From NCBI GenBank assembly GCA_963741915.1, contig CAVUJW010000013.1:651791-715790 (forward strand): a stretch of DNA of 64,000 nucleotides, written 5' to 3'. Positions 53,686 through 63,551 of this stretch are shown here, in pieces. A program made the translations under genes and the position numbers. Source of the stretch: an uncultured Chloroflexia bacterium (GTDB lineage Bacteria; Chloroflexota; Limnocylindria; Limnocylindrales; CSP1-4). Position 1 is the first letter of the stretch. Each line of letters begins with the position of its first letter. Under the pieces are notes generated by a model, which searched no databases, had not been told where the DNA came from, and saw nothing but the letters and a program-made list of their open reading frames with translations.

Positions 53686-53715
53686 TTGACACTATTGGTT
53701 CACTTCTGGTTCACT
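53686..53715 (+). promoter_or_regulatory. GGTTCA-repeat promoter module, copy directly abutting the P450 start (leaderless geometry)
   Basis: TTGACA-ctatt-GGTTCA-cttct-GGTTCACT, then tgatcg (6 nt), then GTG 53722. An extra GGTCCA-N5-GGTTCA sits at 53598-53614. Confidence 0.55.
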
Positions 53716-53721
53716 TGATCG

Positions 53722-54900
53722 GTGGATGCGCCGCCGCTTGCCTGGAACCCGCTGATCGGGCTCGATGATCCGTACCCGGTGTACCGACGCCTGCGTGACG
53801 AGGCGCCGCTGTACCACGACGAAGGCTCTGACCTCTGGGTCCTGTCGCGCTTCGACGACGTCCGGGCGGCCGCGCGCGATTGGGAGACCTTCTCGAGCAG
53901 CGAGGGTGGCCGGGGCAACGACGTCGATGACACGTACCGGCTGTTCCTGCCGGCCGGTGACCTCGCCGGTGTCGATCCGCCGGTGCACACCCGTATTCGT
54001 GGTGCGCTCAGGCTCGCGTTCAGCCCATCGGCCCTGCGCAGCCGGTTCGAGCCGATCGTGCGCCGCAAGGTGAACCAGCTCATCGACACGTTCGCGGAGG
54101 CGGGCCGCGCCGACCTCGCGCGCGATCTCGCCCGACCCCTCCCGGGCACGACGATGTTCTCGTGGTTCGGCTTTCCGGAGGCAGACCACCCCAGGCTGCT
54201 CACCTGGTTCGGCGACATGCTCGAGCGTGATCCCGGCCAGGCCGCCCTGCCCGAGCGTGCCCTCGCCGGCCGGGATCGGATGCGCGCCTACATGCAGGCG
54301 GCCGCCGCGGAGCGGCGCACCGCGCCGCGCGAGGACCTGATGACCCTGCTCGTCGAGGCCAGCAAGGCGGGGCAGCTCAGCGACGACGAGGTCCTCGGTG
54401 CCTCGATGCTCCTGTTCGTCGCGGGGATCACGACGACGTCAGGCCTGATCTCGAACTCACTGCTCCACCTCGACCGCTTTCCGGACCAGCGGCGGCTCCT
54501 CAGGCAGGACCCGTCGCTCCTGCCTCAGGCGATCGAGGAGCTGCTGCGCTACGACGCCCCGATCCAGGCCCTCGCCCGGACCGCCATGCGCGATGTCGCC
54601 GCACACGACGGGCTGATCCCCCGGGGCGCTCGTGTCGTGCTCGTCTGGGGGTCGGCGAACCGGGACGAGCGGCGCTGGGCCGACCCCGATCGGCTGGACC
54701 TCACCCGGGAGCCGCAGCGCCATGTTGCCTTCGGCGATGGCCTGCACCACTGCCTCGGTGCGCCGCTGGCTCGTCTCGAGGCGCGGATCGCGTTCGAGGA
54801 GCTGCTTCGCCGCATCCCGGACTACGCCGTGTGCGGTCCGGTCGTCCGCATCAAGACCCCGACCGATCGCGCGCTGGAGTCGCTGCCGGTCGAGTTCTGA
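53722..54900 (+). CDS. Cytochrome P450
   Basis: ORF 53722-54900 (GTG start). EELLRY (ExxR) and the FGDGLHHCLGAPLA heme-thiolate loop. Confidence 0.9.
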   Translation: MDAPPLAWNPLIGLDDPYPVYRRLRDEAPLYHDEGSDLWVLSRFDDVRAAARDWETFSSSEGGRGNDVDDTYRLFLPAGDLAGVDPPVHTRIRGALRLAFSPSALRSRFEPIVRRKVNQLIDTFAEAGRADLARDLARPLPGTTMFSWFGFPEADHPRLLTWFGDMLERDPGQAALPERALAGRDRMRAYMQAAAAERRTAPREDLMTLLVEASKAGQLSDDEVLGASMLLFVAGITTTSGLISNSLLHLDRFPDQRRLLRQDPSLLPQAIEELLRYDAPIQALARTAMRDVAAHDGLIPRGARVVLVWGSANRDERRWADPDRLDLTREPQRHVAFGDGLHHCLGAPLARLEARIAFEELLRRIPDYAVCGPVVRIKTPTDRALESLPVEF

Positions 54901-54999
54901 CGCTCCGCCAAGACCTCGGCAGCGCATCCGGACCGGCGGCTCGGACCGGGCGGCTCGAACCAGGTGGCTCGGATCATGCAGCCCTGACCGTGCGGCCGG

Positions 55000-57382
55000 T
55001 CAGGCCGGCTCGGCGTTCGCCTCGGGCACCTTGCCCGCCGCCCCCCGGGCGTCGACCGACGGCCCATCGACCGGTAGCGGCACATCGTCCTCGACGTGGC
55101 TGAACCCGACCCGGTCGGCGATCCGGGCCATGAACCCGGGTGCCCACCAGTTCCAGCGCCCGAGCAGGCGCATCGTGGCCGGGACCAGGAGCACCCGCAC
55201 GATCGTGGCGTCCACGAACACGGCGATCGCCATGCCCACGCCGATGCTCTTGATCGTGATCGTCTGGGCCAGGGCGAACGCCGCGAACACGGTGACCATG
55301 ATCATCGCGGCGCCGGTGATCACGCCGGCGGTCCTGGCCAGGCCCTCGGCGACGGCGGCGCGGTTGTCGCCCGTGCGCCGCCACGCCTCCTGGACCCGCG
55401 ACAGCAGCAGGACCTCGTAGTCCATCGACAGCCCGAACAGGACGCTGAACATGATGATGGGGTTGCCGGCGATCGTGAACCCCGGGCTGGTGAAGCCCAG
55501 CACGTCGGACAGGTTGCCCTCCTGGAAGATCCAGACCAGGGCGCCGAACGAGGCGCTGATCGACAGCAGGGTCATCACGATCGCCTTGGCCGGCAGCACG
55601 ACCGAGCCGAACAGCAGGAACAGGATGGCACCCATCGCGACGAGCACGACGCCCACCGCGATCGGGATCCGTGCGGTCTGGGCCTCGAGGAAGTCGTAGC
55701 CCGTGGCGGCGAACCCGCCGACCGACGCCGTGAACCCGGTCCCGGGCGACAACGCGCGAACGCGCGGGACGACCGCCGTGCCCTCGGGCGAGGAGGCGGG
55801 GAGGGGGCTGATGGCGTCGAACCGTACGGTCGAGCCGTGCACGTAGCGGTCCCACAGGGCGGCCAGCGGTGCCGGCCACGAGGCGCGCGGGCTGGCGTAC
55901 AGCGCGGCGAGCTGGTCGGCCGTGAGTGGCCGGCCGGTGGCGGGATCGGTGATGCCGCTGAATGGGCTCTCGACCGCGCCCACCCCCTGGACGGCGCCCA
56001 GCCCGGCGGCGTAGGCCGCGAGCGAGCGCACGATGGCCGGCGAGGCCGGATCACCGGGCACGTCGACCAGGACGACGATCGGCGACGTCGTGCCGGGCTC
56101 GAAGTCGCGCTGGATCGCGACCGCCGCCTCGCGGCTCTCGAGGCCGGCCGGCAGGGTGTTGGCGTCGGGGATGCCCTGCTTGAGGGCGAAGAACGGGGTG
56201 CCGGCCAGCACGAGCACGGCCAGCGTGGGCACGAGGACCAGCACCGGGCGCGCCATCACGGCGTTGGCGATCCGCTCCCAGCGGGACGCCGCGGGCGTGG
56301 AGCTCGAGGCGCGCGGGGCGCGGCCGAGCGCTGCCCGGGCGCGATCGACGAGGCTGGCGACGGACAGCGCATTCACCCGCGGCCCGAGCATGCCCAGCAG
56401 GGCGGGCAGGAAGGTCAGGGCGAAGAACAGCGAGGCGGCAACGGTGAGCATGCCGCCGATCCCGAACGAGCGCAGGGCGGGCGAGCTGAACGCGAGCAGC
56501 CCGCCCAGGCCGGTCGCGACGGCCAGGCCCGAGAAGGTCACCGCCTTGCCCGATGTCGCGACCGCCACCTCGACCGCGGCGCCGACGCTGCGGCCCCGCC
56601 GGAGCTCCTCGCGGAACCGGCTGACCATGAACAACGAGTAGTCGATCGCGAGCGCCAGCCCCAGCATCGTGGACACGTTCTGGACGTAGATGCTCAGCTC
56701 GACCTGCTGGCCGACGACATACACCAGGGCCAGGGTGGTCGGGATCGCCAGGCCGGCGACGAGGAGCGGGATCCCGGCGGCCAGGATCGAGGCGAACACG
56801 AGGATCAGCACCAGCGCCGCGATCGGCAGCGACACCGACTCGGCCTGGACGAGATCGTGCTCGGACTGCTGCGCGGAGTCACGGGTCAGGGGGGCGTAGC
56901 CACCGAGCTGGAGCTGCAGGCCGTTGGCGGGCTGGTGGATCTCGCTCTCGAACCGGTCGAGCAGGGGCACCGATGCCTCGTCGGTGACGTTGAGATCCAC
57001 GACCACGTAGGCGGCGTGCCCGTCGGTGGAGATGAACCGGCTGTCGCCGGTCTCGGCGTAGCCGATGGTGCCCGCGACGTCGGGGTCCCTGACCAGGTCC
57101 GCGAGCGAGGCACCGATGGCTGCCTGGAACGCCCGGCTCCGGGCGTCCGCGGTGTCCGGGCCACGGAACAGCGCGATCAGGGCACCCCGGCCGGCGCCGA
57201 ACTCGTCGGCGAGGCGATTGCCGACGATCGCCGATTTCGGACCCGGGATCGAACCAGCCGCCGGCGGTGAGCACAGAGGCCGCACGGCCGGCGGCCATGC
57301 TGCCGCCGATGCCGACGACCACGGCGAGGACGAACACGATCCGGCGGTACCGGTAGACGAAGGCTCCCCAGCGGCTGAACAT
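55000..57382 (-). pseudogene. MMPL-family (RND superfamily) membrane transporter with one frame break near the N-terminus
   Basis: MFSRWGAFVYRYRRIVFVL..GGWFDPGSE lies in the ORF 56879-57445 frame. The rest (SAIVGNRLADEFG...) lies in the ORF 55000-57477 frame. The join is at the TTT run 57235-57237. Confidence 0.8.
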
Positions 57383-57443
57383 CGGCGGGCTCCATGCCTG
57401 GTGCGGGACGCAGGACACCGGGAAGGCGACCGGTGTCTCGGGC

Positions 57444-57473
57444 ACAATAGAGAGCGCCTATTCTCTTTGTCAA
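57444..57473 (-). promoter_or_regulatory. Sigma-70-type promoter for the MMPL gene with an embedded inverted repeat (candidate TetR operator)
   Basis: Reverse strand reads TTGACA-N18-TATTGT. The spacer contains AGAGA-N8-TCTCT. Confidence 0.45.
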
Positions 57474-57559
57474 CCACGACATTCGACGTAGCCGGGGATC
57501 AACATCGGTCCACCCAACCCCTCGTGAGGCCCGTGTTGCAGAGCGAGCATTCGTTCTGT

Positions 57560-57571
57560 TAACGTGGGGGC
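57560..57571 (+). promoter_or_regulatory. -10 box for a leaderless TetR mRNA
   Basis: TAACGT (57560-57565) ends exactly 6 nt before ATG 57572. No SD. Confidence 0.4.
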
Positions 57572-58270
57572 ATGCCGCGCGTCACCCAGGCCCATGAGCA
57601 GGCCGTCCGCACCCGGATCGTCGAATCCGCCCTTCGCGTATTCGCGGAGAAGGGGTTCCACGGCGCGACCATCGCGGACGTCGTGCGCGACAGCAGGCTG
57701 TCCGTCGGCGCCATCTACACCTACTACCGAGGCAAGGACGAGCTGTTCCTCGCCACCTGCGACCTGACCTCGGGCGAGAGCCTGGGCGAGCTCGCAACCC
57801 GGCTCGTGCGCGGCCGGTCGGTGGCCGAGAAGCTGTCGATCGCCACCGGCTTCTTCCTGGACGCCATGGTCGGCGTCCCGGGCGAGCCGGACATGGCCTC
57901 GATGCTGGTCGCCCAGTGGTCCCGTGCCGAGGCCGAACCGGCGATCCGTGCCTCGCTCGCCCGGCGCCGCGACCAGATCACGGCCGCCGGCGAGCTGCTG
58001 GTCCGGGAGGGCATGGCGACGGGCGAACTGCCGGCCTGGATCGATGCGGCGGCCGTGTCCGCGGCGTATGTCGCCTTCCTCGACGGCCTGCTCCTGTGGC
58101 GGCTCGAGCAGGGGGACGGGTACCGTCGGGACCAGGCGGAGCGCCGGACGCTCGCCATGGTGCGAGTCCTGCTGGCGTCTGCCGCCGCGGCGCAGCCGCC
58201 TGACGTCGTCGCGGTGGCCCAGCGGCCCTGGAGCGCGATCGAGGCCACGAGCCGCCCGCGCCCGGACTGA
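57572..58270 (+). CDS. TetR-family transcriptional regulator
   Basis: ORF 57572-58270. FAEKGFHGATIADVVRDSRLSVGAIYTYYRGKDELF HTH. Confidence 0.9.
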   Translation: MPRVTQAHEQAVRTRIVESALRVFAEKGFHGATIADVVRDSRLSVGAIYTYYRGKDELFLATCDLTSGESLGELATRLVRGRSVAEKLSIATGFFLDAMVGVPGEPDMASMLVAQWSRAEAEPAIRASLARRRDQITAAGELLVREGMATGELPAWIDAAAVSAAYVAFLDGLLLWRLEQGDGYRRDQAERRTLAMVRVLLASAAAAQPPDVVAVAQRPWSAIEATSRPRPD

Positions 58271-58336
58271 CCGCCGACGCCGCCGGGGCGCAGCCGTTCC
58301 GGTCGCGTGCCGGCGCATCCTGGGGTTCGGGCGGGC

Positions 58337-58386
58337 GCGTGCTACCCGGGCGAACGCGTGGTACCCGGCCGGGCTAGGATCGAACC
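58337..58386 (+). promoter_or_regulatory. 13-bp direct repeat plus TAGGAT box for a leaderless phosphotriesterase-family mRNA
   Basis: GCGTGCTACCCGG (58337-58349) and GCGTGGTACCCGG (58356-58368). TAGGAT 58375-58380, then 6 nt, then ATG 58387. Confidence 0.45.
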
Positions 58387-59325
58387 ATGCCCCACGTCAT
58401 GACCGTCCTCGGCGCCGTCGAGCCGTCCAGCCTCGGGTTCGCCCTTCCCCACGAGCACACGCAGATCGCGCTGTGGCAGATCCAGGACCGCTGGGACTAC
58501 TGGGAGCTGACCGGCGACGAGCCGATCATCCTCGAGGAGCTGCGGCTGTTCCGCGAGGCGGGCGGGACCGCGCTCGCCGACCTCACGCTGCCCGGCGTCG
58601 GCCGCGACCCGCTGTGGCTGCGACGGCTGGCGGAGCGCAGCGGGCTGCACATCGTGATGGGCGGCGGCTGGTATCGGACGGCCTACTACCCACCGGAAGC
58701 CCTGATCGACCGGCGATCGGCGGACGCCCTGGCCGAGGAGCTGGTCCACGACGCGACCGTCGGCGTCGGCGATACCGGCATCCGGATCGGCATCCTGGGC
58801 GAGATCGGCACGGACAAGCCCTGGATGACCCCCGCCGAGGAGCGCGTGTTCCGCGCGGTCGCGCGGGCGTCGCGCCGAACGGGCCTCGCGATCATCACCC
58901 ATGCCGTGATGTCCGACGTGGGCGCCGCCCAGATGACGGTCCTCGAGGAGGAGGGCGTGGACCCCGGGCGCGTGGTGATCGGCCACGCGGACAGCTACCC
59001 GGTGCTCGACCACTACCTGTCGCTCATCGCCCGCGGCGCGTCGATCGAGTTCGACTTCCTGGGGATGTCCTTCACGCCGATGGAGCAGCACGCCGAGGGC
59101 CGGGTGATCGAGCTGCTGCTGGAGCTGCTCCATCGCGGCCACGGGGACCGCGTGCTGCTGAGCCAGGACGTGTGCCACAACAGCCAGCTGCGGCACTACG
59201 AGGGGAACGGGTACACCTACCTCCAGACGACGTTCCTGCCGAGGCTTCGTGCCGCCGGCGTTCCCGAGGCGGACATCACCCGCCTCACGGTCGACAACCC
59301 GCGCCGGATCCTGTCGATCGGGTAA
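58387..59325 (+). CDS. Phosphotriesterase-family (amidohydrolase superfamily) hydrolase
   Basis: ORF 58387-59325. LPHEHT, LGEIGT, IITHA, VIGHAD blocks. Confidence 0.8.
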   Translation: MPHVMTVLGAVEPSSLGFALPHEHTQIALWQIQDRWDYWELTGDEPIILEELRLFREAGGTALADLTLPGVGRDPLWLRRLAERSGLHIVMGGGWYRTAYYPPEALIDRRSADALAEELVHDATVGVGDTGIRIGILGEIGTDKPWMTPAEERVFRAVARASRRTGLAIITHAVMSDVGAAQMTVLEEEGVDPGRVVIGHADSYPVLDHYLSLIARGASIEFDFLGMSFTPMEQHAEGRVIELLLELLHRGHGDRVLLSQDVCHNSQLRHYEGNGYTYLQTTFLPRLRAAGVPEADITRLTVDNPRRILSIG

Positions 59326-59687
59326 GTTCGAGCGGAGCCGGGGCCGGCGTCGCCTCCGGTGCGTCTCGTTCGCGCTTCCGCTGCTCCGGGCGGCGCGCGC
59401 TGCTCCCTGGGAGAGCAGCCGGCCCTGGCTGGCTCGCGTCGCGAGCACTCCAGCGGTTCTCGGGGCTTGTCCGTGCCGAGGACCGGCGGTTTGCTCGCCA
59501 GAAGAGCCGGGCAGCGGTTGCGGCCGCCCAGCGCCGCCGGCCTGGTCGCCGGGAGAGCAACGGCGGCCGGGAACCGCTGCAACGCTCGCTGGGAGAGCAG
59601 CACGGCCTCGACGACCGCCGGCCCGCTCGCTGGGAGGGCCGGCACGGCCCGGGAGCGCAATGCCCCCGGGCGGCCGACGATCGGCGC

Positions 59688-60131
59688 TCAGCCCTCCAGC
59701 CGCGCGTCCACGGTCAGCTCGACGTTGCCCTTGAGGGCGCGCGAGACCGGGCAGCCGTCCTTGGCGTCGTCGGCCAGCTCGGCGAACTTCGCCGCGTCGA
59801 TGCCTGGCACCCGACCGCGGACCGTGAGCGCGCTCCGGGTGAGGGTCCAGCCGCCCTCGAGCTTGTCGAACGTGACCTCCGCCTTGACGTCCAGGCTCTC
59901 GGGCGGTGTGCCGTTGCGGCCGAGCCCGCCGCTGAACGCCATCGAGAAGCATGAGGCGTGGGCCGCGGCGATCAGCTCCTCGGGGCTCGTTCGGCCGTTG
60001 TGGTCCTCGGTGCGCGAGGCCCAGGTGACCGGCAGGCGGGAGAACGCACCCGACGTCACGTAGTTGATCGAGCCGGACCCGCTGGCGAGGTCGCCTGCCC
60101 AGGCAACTTCAGCAAACCGGGTGATCGCCAT
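59688..60131 (-). CDS. OsmC-family peroxiredoxin-like protein
   Basis: ORF 59688-60131. SPEELIAAAHASCFSMAF and C-terminal GCPVSRAL. Confidence 0.85.
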   Translation of the reverse strand: MAITRFAEVAWAGDLASGSGSINYVTSGAFSRLPVTWASRTEDHNGRTSPEELIAAAHASCFSMAFSGGLGRNGTPPESLDVKAEVTFDKLEGGWTLTRSALTVRGRVPGIDAAKFAELADDAKDGCPVSRALKGNVELTVDARLEG

Positions 60132-60231
60132 CGCTGCTACCTCCTGTCGTGTGGCCCTAGGGTGCCATGGGTCGCGGACCGTCAGCGACGGAACGATCCA
60201 CGACCGAAATGCCCAACGACCGAAACGCGCT

Positions 60232-63200
60232 CTACTCGGCGGTCACCACCGTGCGCGCCACCGCGGCCCCCGCCGGGCGTCGCGACGCGCGCTGTCGGAG
60301 GCCGTCCACCAGCGAGTACACGACCGGGACCACGAGCAGGGTCAGGAACGTCGAGCTGAACAGGCCACCGATCACGACGGTCCCCAGCTCCGCCGCGATG
60401 ATCGACCCCTGGTTGAACCCCGCGGCCAGCGGGATCAGGGCAAGGATCGTCGCGATCGCCGTCATCAGGATCGGCCGGACCCGGGTCCGGCCACCCTCGA
60501 TCAGCGCCTCCCGTGTGGACAGGCCCTCCGCGCGCAGGCGCTCGACGAGATCGAGCAGCACGATCGCGTTGGTGACCACGATCCCGATCAGCATCAGGAA
60601 CCCGATCAGCGCGCTCACGCCGATCGGCCGGCCGGTCAGCAGCAGCGCCGGGAAGGCACCGATCGTGGCCAGCGGCAGGCTGAACAGGATGATGAACGGC
60701 GTGATCAGCGAGTTGAAGGTCAGGACCATCGCGATGTAGACGACCAGCACCGCGACGCCCATCGAGAAGAACAGGCCGCCGAACGCCTCGTTCATCTGCT
60801 GGGTCACGCCCGCCGAGCCGGACGTCGACGCCCGCGGGGATCGACCCGTCGGCGCCGAGGCCATCGAGCTCCGCCTGGACCATCTGGCTGACCTTGCCGG
60901 TGTCGACATCCGCGATCTCGGCCGAGATCGACGCCGCGGGCGACTGGTCGATCCGCGTGATCGAGCCCTGGGCCGCGACCTGCGCCACGCTGGCGATCTG
61001 GCCCAGCGGCACCTTCCGGACCGTTCCCACGGGCAGCTGCTTGAGGGTGTCGACCGACGTGACCTGCGCCGGGTCCAGCTGGACGAAGACGTCGATCGGG
61101 CCGGTCTGCCCGGTGAGCTGCACTCGCGTGGCGGTCGAGCCGACCAGCGCCCCCCGGACCTCCTGGGCCACCTGGGCGGCGGTAAGGCCGACCAGGATCG
61201 CACTTGTCGGGGTCGGGGGTGACCTGGATCTCGGGCGTGCCCCTGGACAGGTCCGACTTGAGGTTCAGGAGCTCCGGGTTGTCGCGCAGGGCCGCCATGA
61301 CCACGTCGTTCGCCTGGGTCACCTTGGCCGGGTCGCTGCCCGCCACGATCACGTTGAGGCCGTTGGAGCTGAACCCTGCCAGCTGGGCCACGGCCACGTC
61401 GAAGCCGTCGGTCTTGACCGGTGCCAGCTCGTCGGACAGCGATTTCGCGTACTTGGTCAGGTCGACGTCGTCCTCCAGCCGCACGGTCATCCGGGCGCTG
61501 TTGGCCGGCTGGCCGCCCATGGCGGCCACGATCGACTGGAACCCGGCGTCGCCCTCGCCCGGCACCGATGTCTGGACCAGCAGCACCTTCGGGTCGCCGA
61601 GCAGGATGTCCTCGGCCCGCATCGCCCGCTGGAGCACGGCCTCGGAGCTGGTGCCCGGCGGCGGCGCCACGGTGACCGACACCAGCTTCTCGCCACCGGC
61701 ATTGATGAACTGGGTCGGCAGCAGTGGTGCGATGAGCCCGGTCGAAAGGAACAGGACGATGGCGACCACGAGCACGCCCAGCTTGGTCCAGCGGCTGCGC
61801 AGCGCCCACGTGATCGCGGGCGTGTAGGCCCGGATCCAGAGCGAGTTCTTCGGCTCGCCGTCCTCGTCCACGTTCGACGGCACCGTGCCGATCAGGAGGT
61901 AGGCCAGCACCGGGACCACGGTCAGGGCGCACGCCAGCGAGGCCAGCAGCGCGAACGTCACCGTGAGCGCGAAGGGCAGGAAGAACTGGCTGACCAGGCC
62001 GCCGACGAACCCGAGCGGCAGGAACACGCCGACTGTGGTGACCGTGGCCGCCGTGATCGCCCCCGCGACCTCGCGCGGGCCGTTGATCGAGGCGGTCAGG
62101 CGGTCCTCGCCCTTGGCCCGGTGGCGGTAGATGTTCTCGAGGACCACGATCGCGTCGTCGACCACCCGGCCGACGGCGACCGCGAGCCCGCCGAGGGTCA
62201 TGATGTTGAGGGTGACCCCGGTGGCCTGCATCACCACCAGCGCGGTGAGCAGCGACAGCGGGATGCTGACCGCGGCGACCAGCGTCGACCGCAGGCTGAA
62301 CAGGAACAGGAAGATGGTCAGGACCGCGAACAGGGCCCCGGTGCCGCCTTCGCGGAGCAGTCCGTCGCGCGACTCCTTGATGAACGACGACAGGTCGGAC
62401 ACCACGGTGATCGAGACGACGTCGGCGTGCTTGCCGCCGAGCTCGTCCAGGCTGGCCGTCACCTCGTCGGCGACCTCCACCGTGTTGGCGGTCGACGTCT
62501 TCGAGACGGACAGCGACAGCGCGGGGTTGGTGCCGCGTGCCGGGGTGCCGGTCCGCGCGTAGCCGGTCGTGGCGACGCCGGCGACCTCGACGCGGCCCAG
62601 GTCGCCGATCGTCACCGGGACGGGCATCGCGGGCGCTGCGGAGGCGACCGGCTGGCCCGAGGGGACCGGCTGACCGGAGGCCGCCGGCTGACCCGATGCG
62701 GCCGGCTGTCCCGAGGGGACCGGCTGGCCCGGAGCGGCGGACCCTCCCGGAGCAGCGCCGCCCGCACCCGCGGTCGCACCGCCGGCGACCGCGCCCGTTG
62801 CGCCGGGGGTCGTGACCCCCACCACCAGCCCCTTGATCTGGTCCAGGCTGCCGATCACCGCGATCGTGGACACGGGGACCCGCGAGCCGTCGTTCTTCAC
62901 CTCGCCCGAGGGGACCGTGAGGTTGTTGGCCGTGAGCACGCCCGTCACCTGCTGCACGGTGATGCCCGTCGCGGCGAGCTTCGCCGGGTCGAGCGTGACG
63001 TCGACCCGCTGCACCTCGCCGCCGGTGACGTCGACGCTGGCGACGCCGTCGAGGCCGAGCAGCGCCGGCTTGATGTCGGTCTCGACCAGGCGCGCCGCGT
63101 CCGCGAGGCCGTTCTCCGACGTCGCGGCGACCGAGGCGATGATCACCGGCGAGGCGTTGATGTTGAGCGCGCTGACCTGCGGTGTGACGGTGCTGGGCAG

Positions 63201-63551
63201 GCCGGCGCCCTGGAGGTTCTGCTCGATCTGCGAGCGCGTCTCCTTGACGTCCGTTCCGTAGGCGAACTGGGCGACGACGAGGGCGATCGAGTTGGCGGAG
63301 GTCGACTGCAGGCTCTCCAGGCGCGGGACGCCCGAGATCGCCCGCTCGATCGGCTTGGCGACCTGCTCCGCGACGTCGGCCGCACCCGCGCCGGGCAGCG
63401 GCGCGATGACGGTGATCACCGGGAACTCGATGTCCGGCAGCAGCTCCTGCTTGAGGCTCCCCCAGGCGGCGATGCCCGCGATGAACAGCGCGGCGGCGAG
63501 CAGCAGCGTGACGCTGCGCTTGGAGACCGCGAACTGCGAGAGGCGGCTCAT
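60232..63551 (-). pseudogene. RND-superfamily (AcrB/HAE-type) efflux permease with two frame breaks
   Basis: ORF 60804-63551 (MSRLSQFAVSKRSVTLLL..), then the ORF 60182-61171 frame (AILVGLTAAQVAQEVRGAL..), then the tail of the ORF 60232-63597 frame (VTQQMNEAFGGLFFSMG..VVYSLVD). Joins near 61200 and 60810. Confidence 0.8.
62646..62735. repeat. 18-bp x5 imperfect tandem repeat inside the RND gene
   Basis: GACCGGCTGGCCCGAGGG-like units. On the reverse strand they encode five P-x-x-S-G-Q hexapeptides (QPVPSGQPAASGQPAASGQPVPSGQPVA). Confidence 0.7.
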
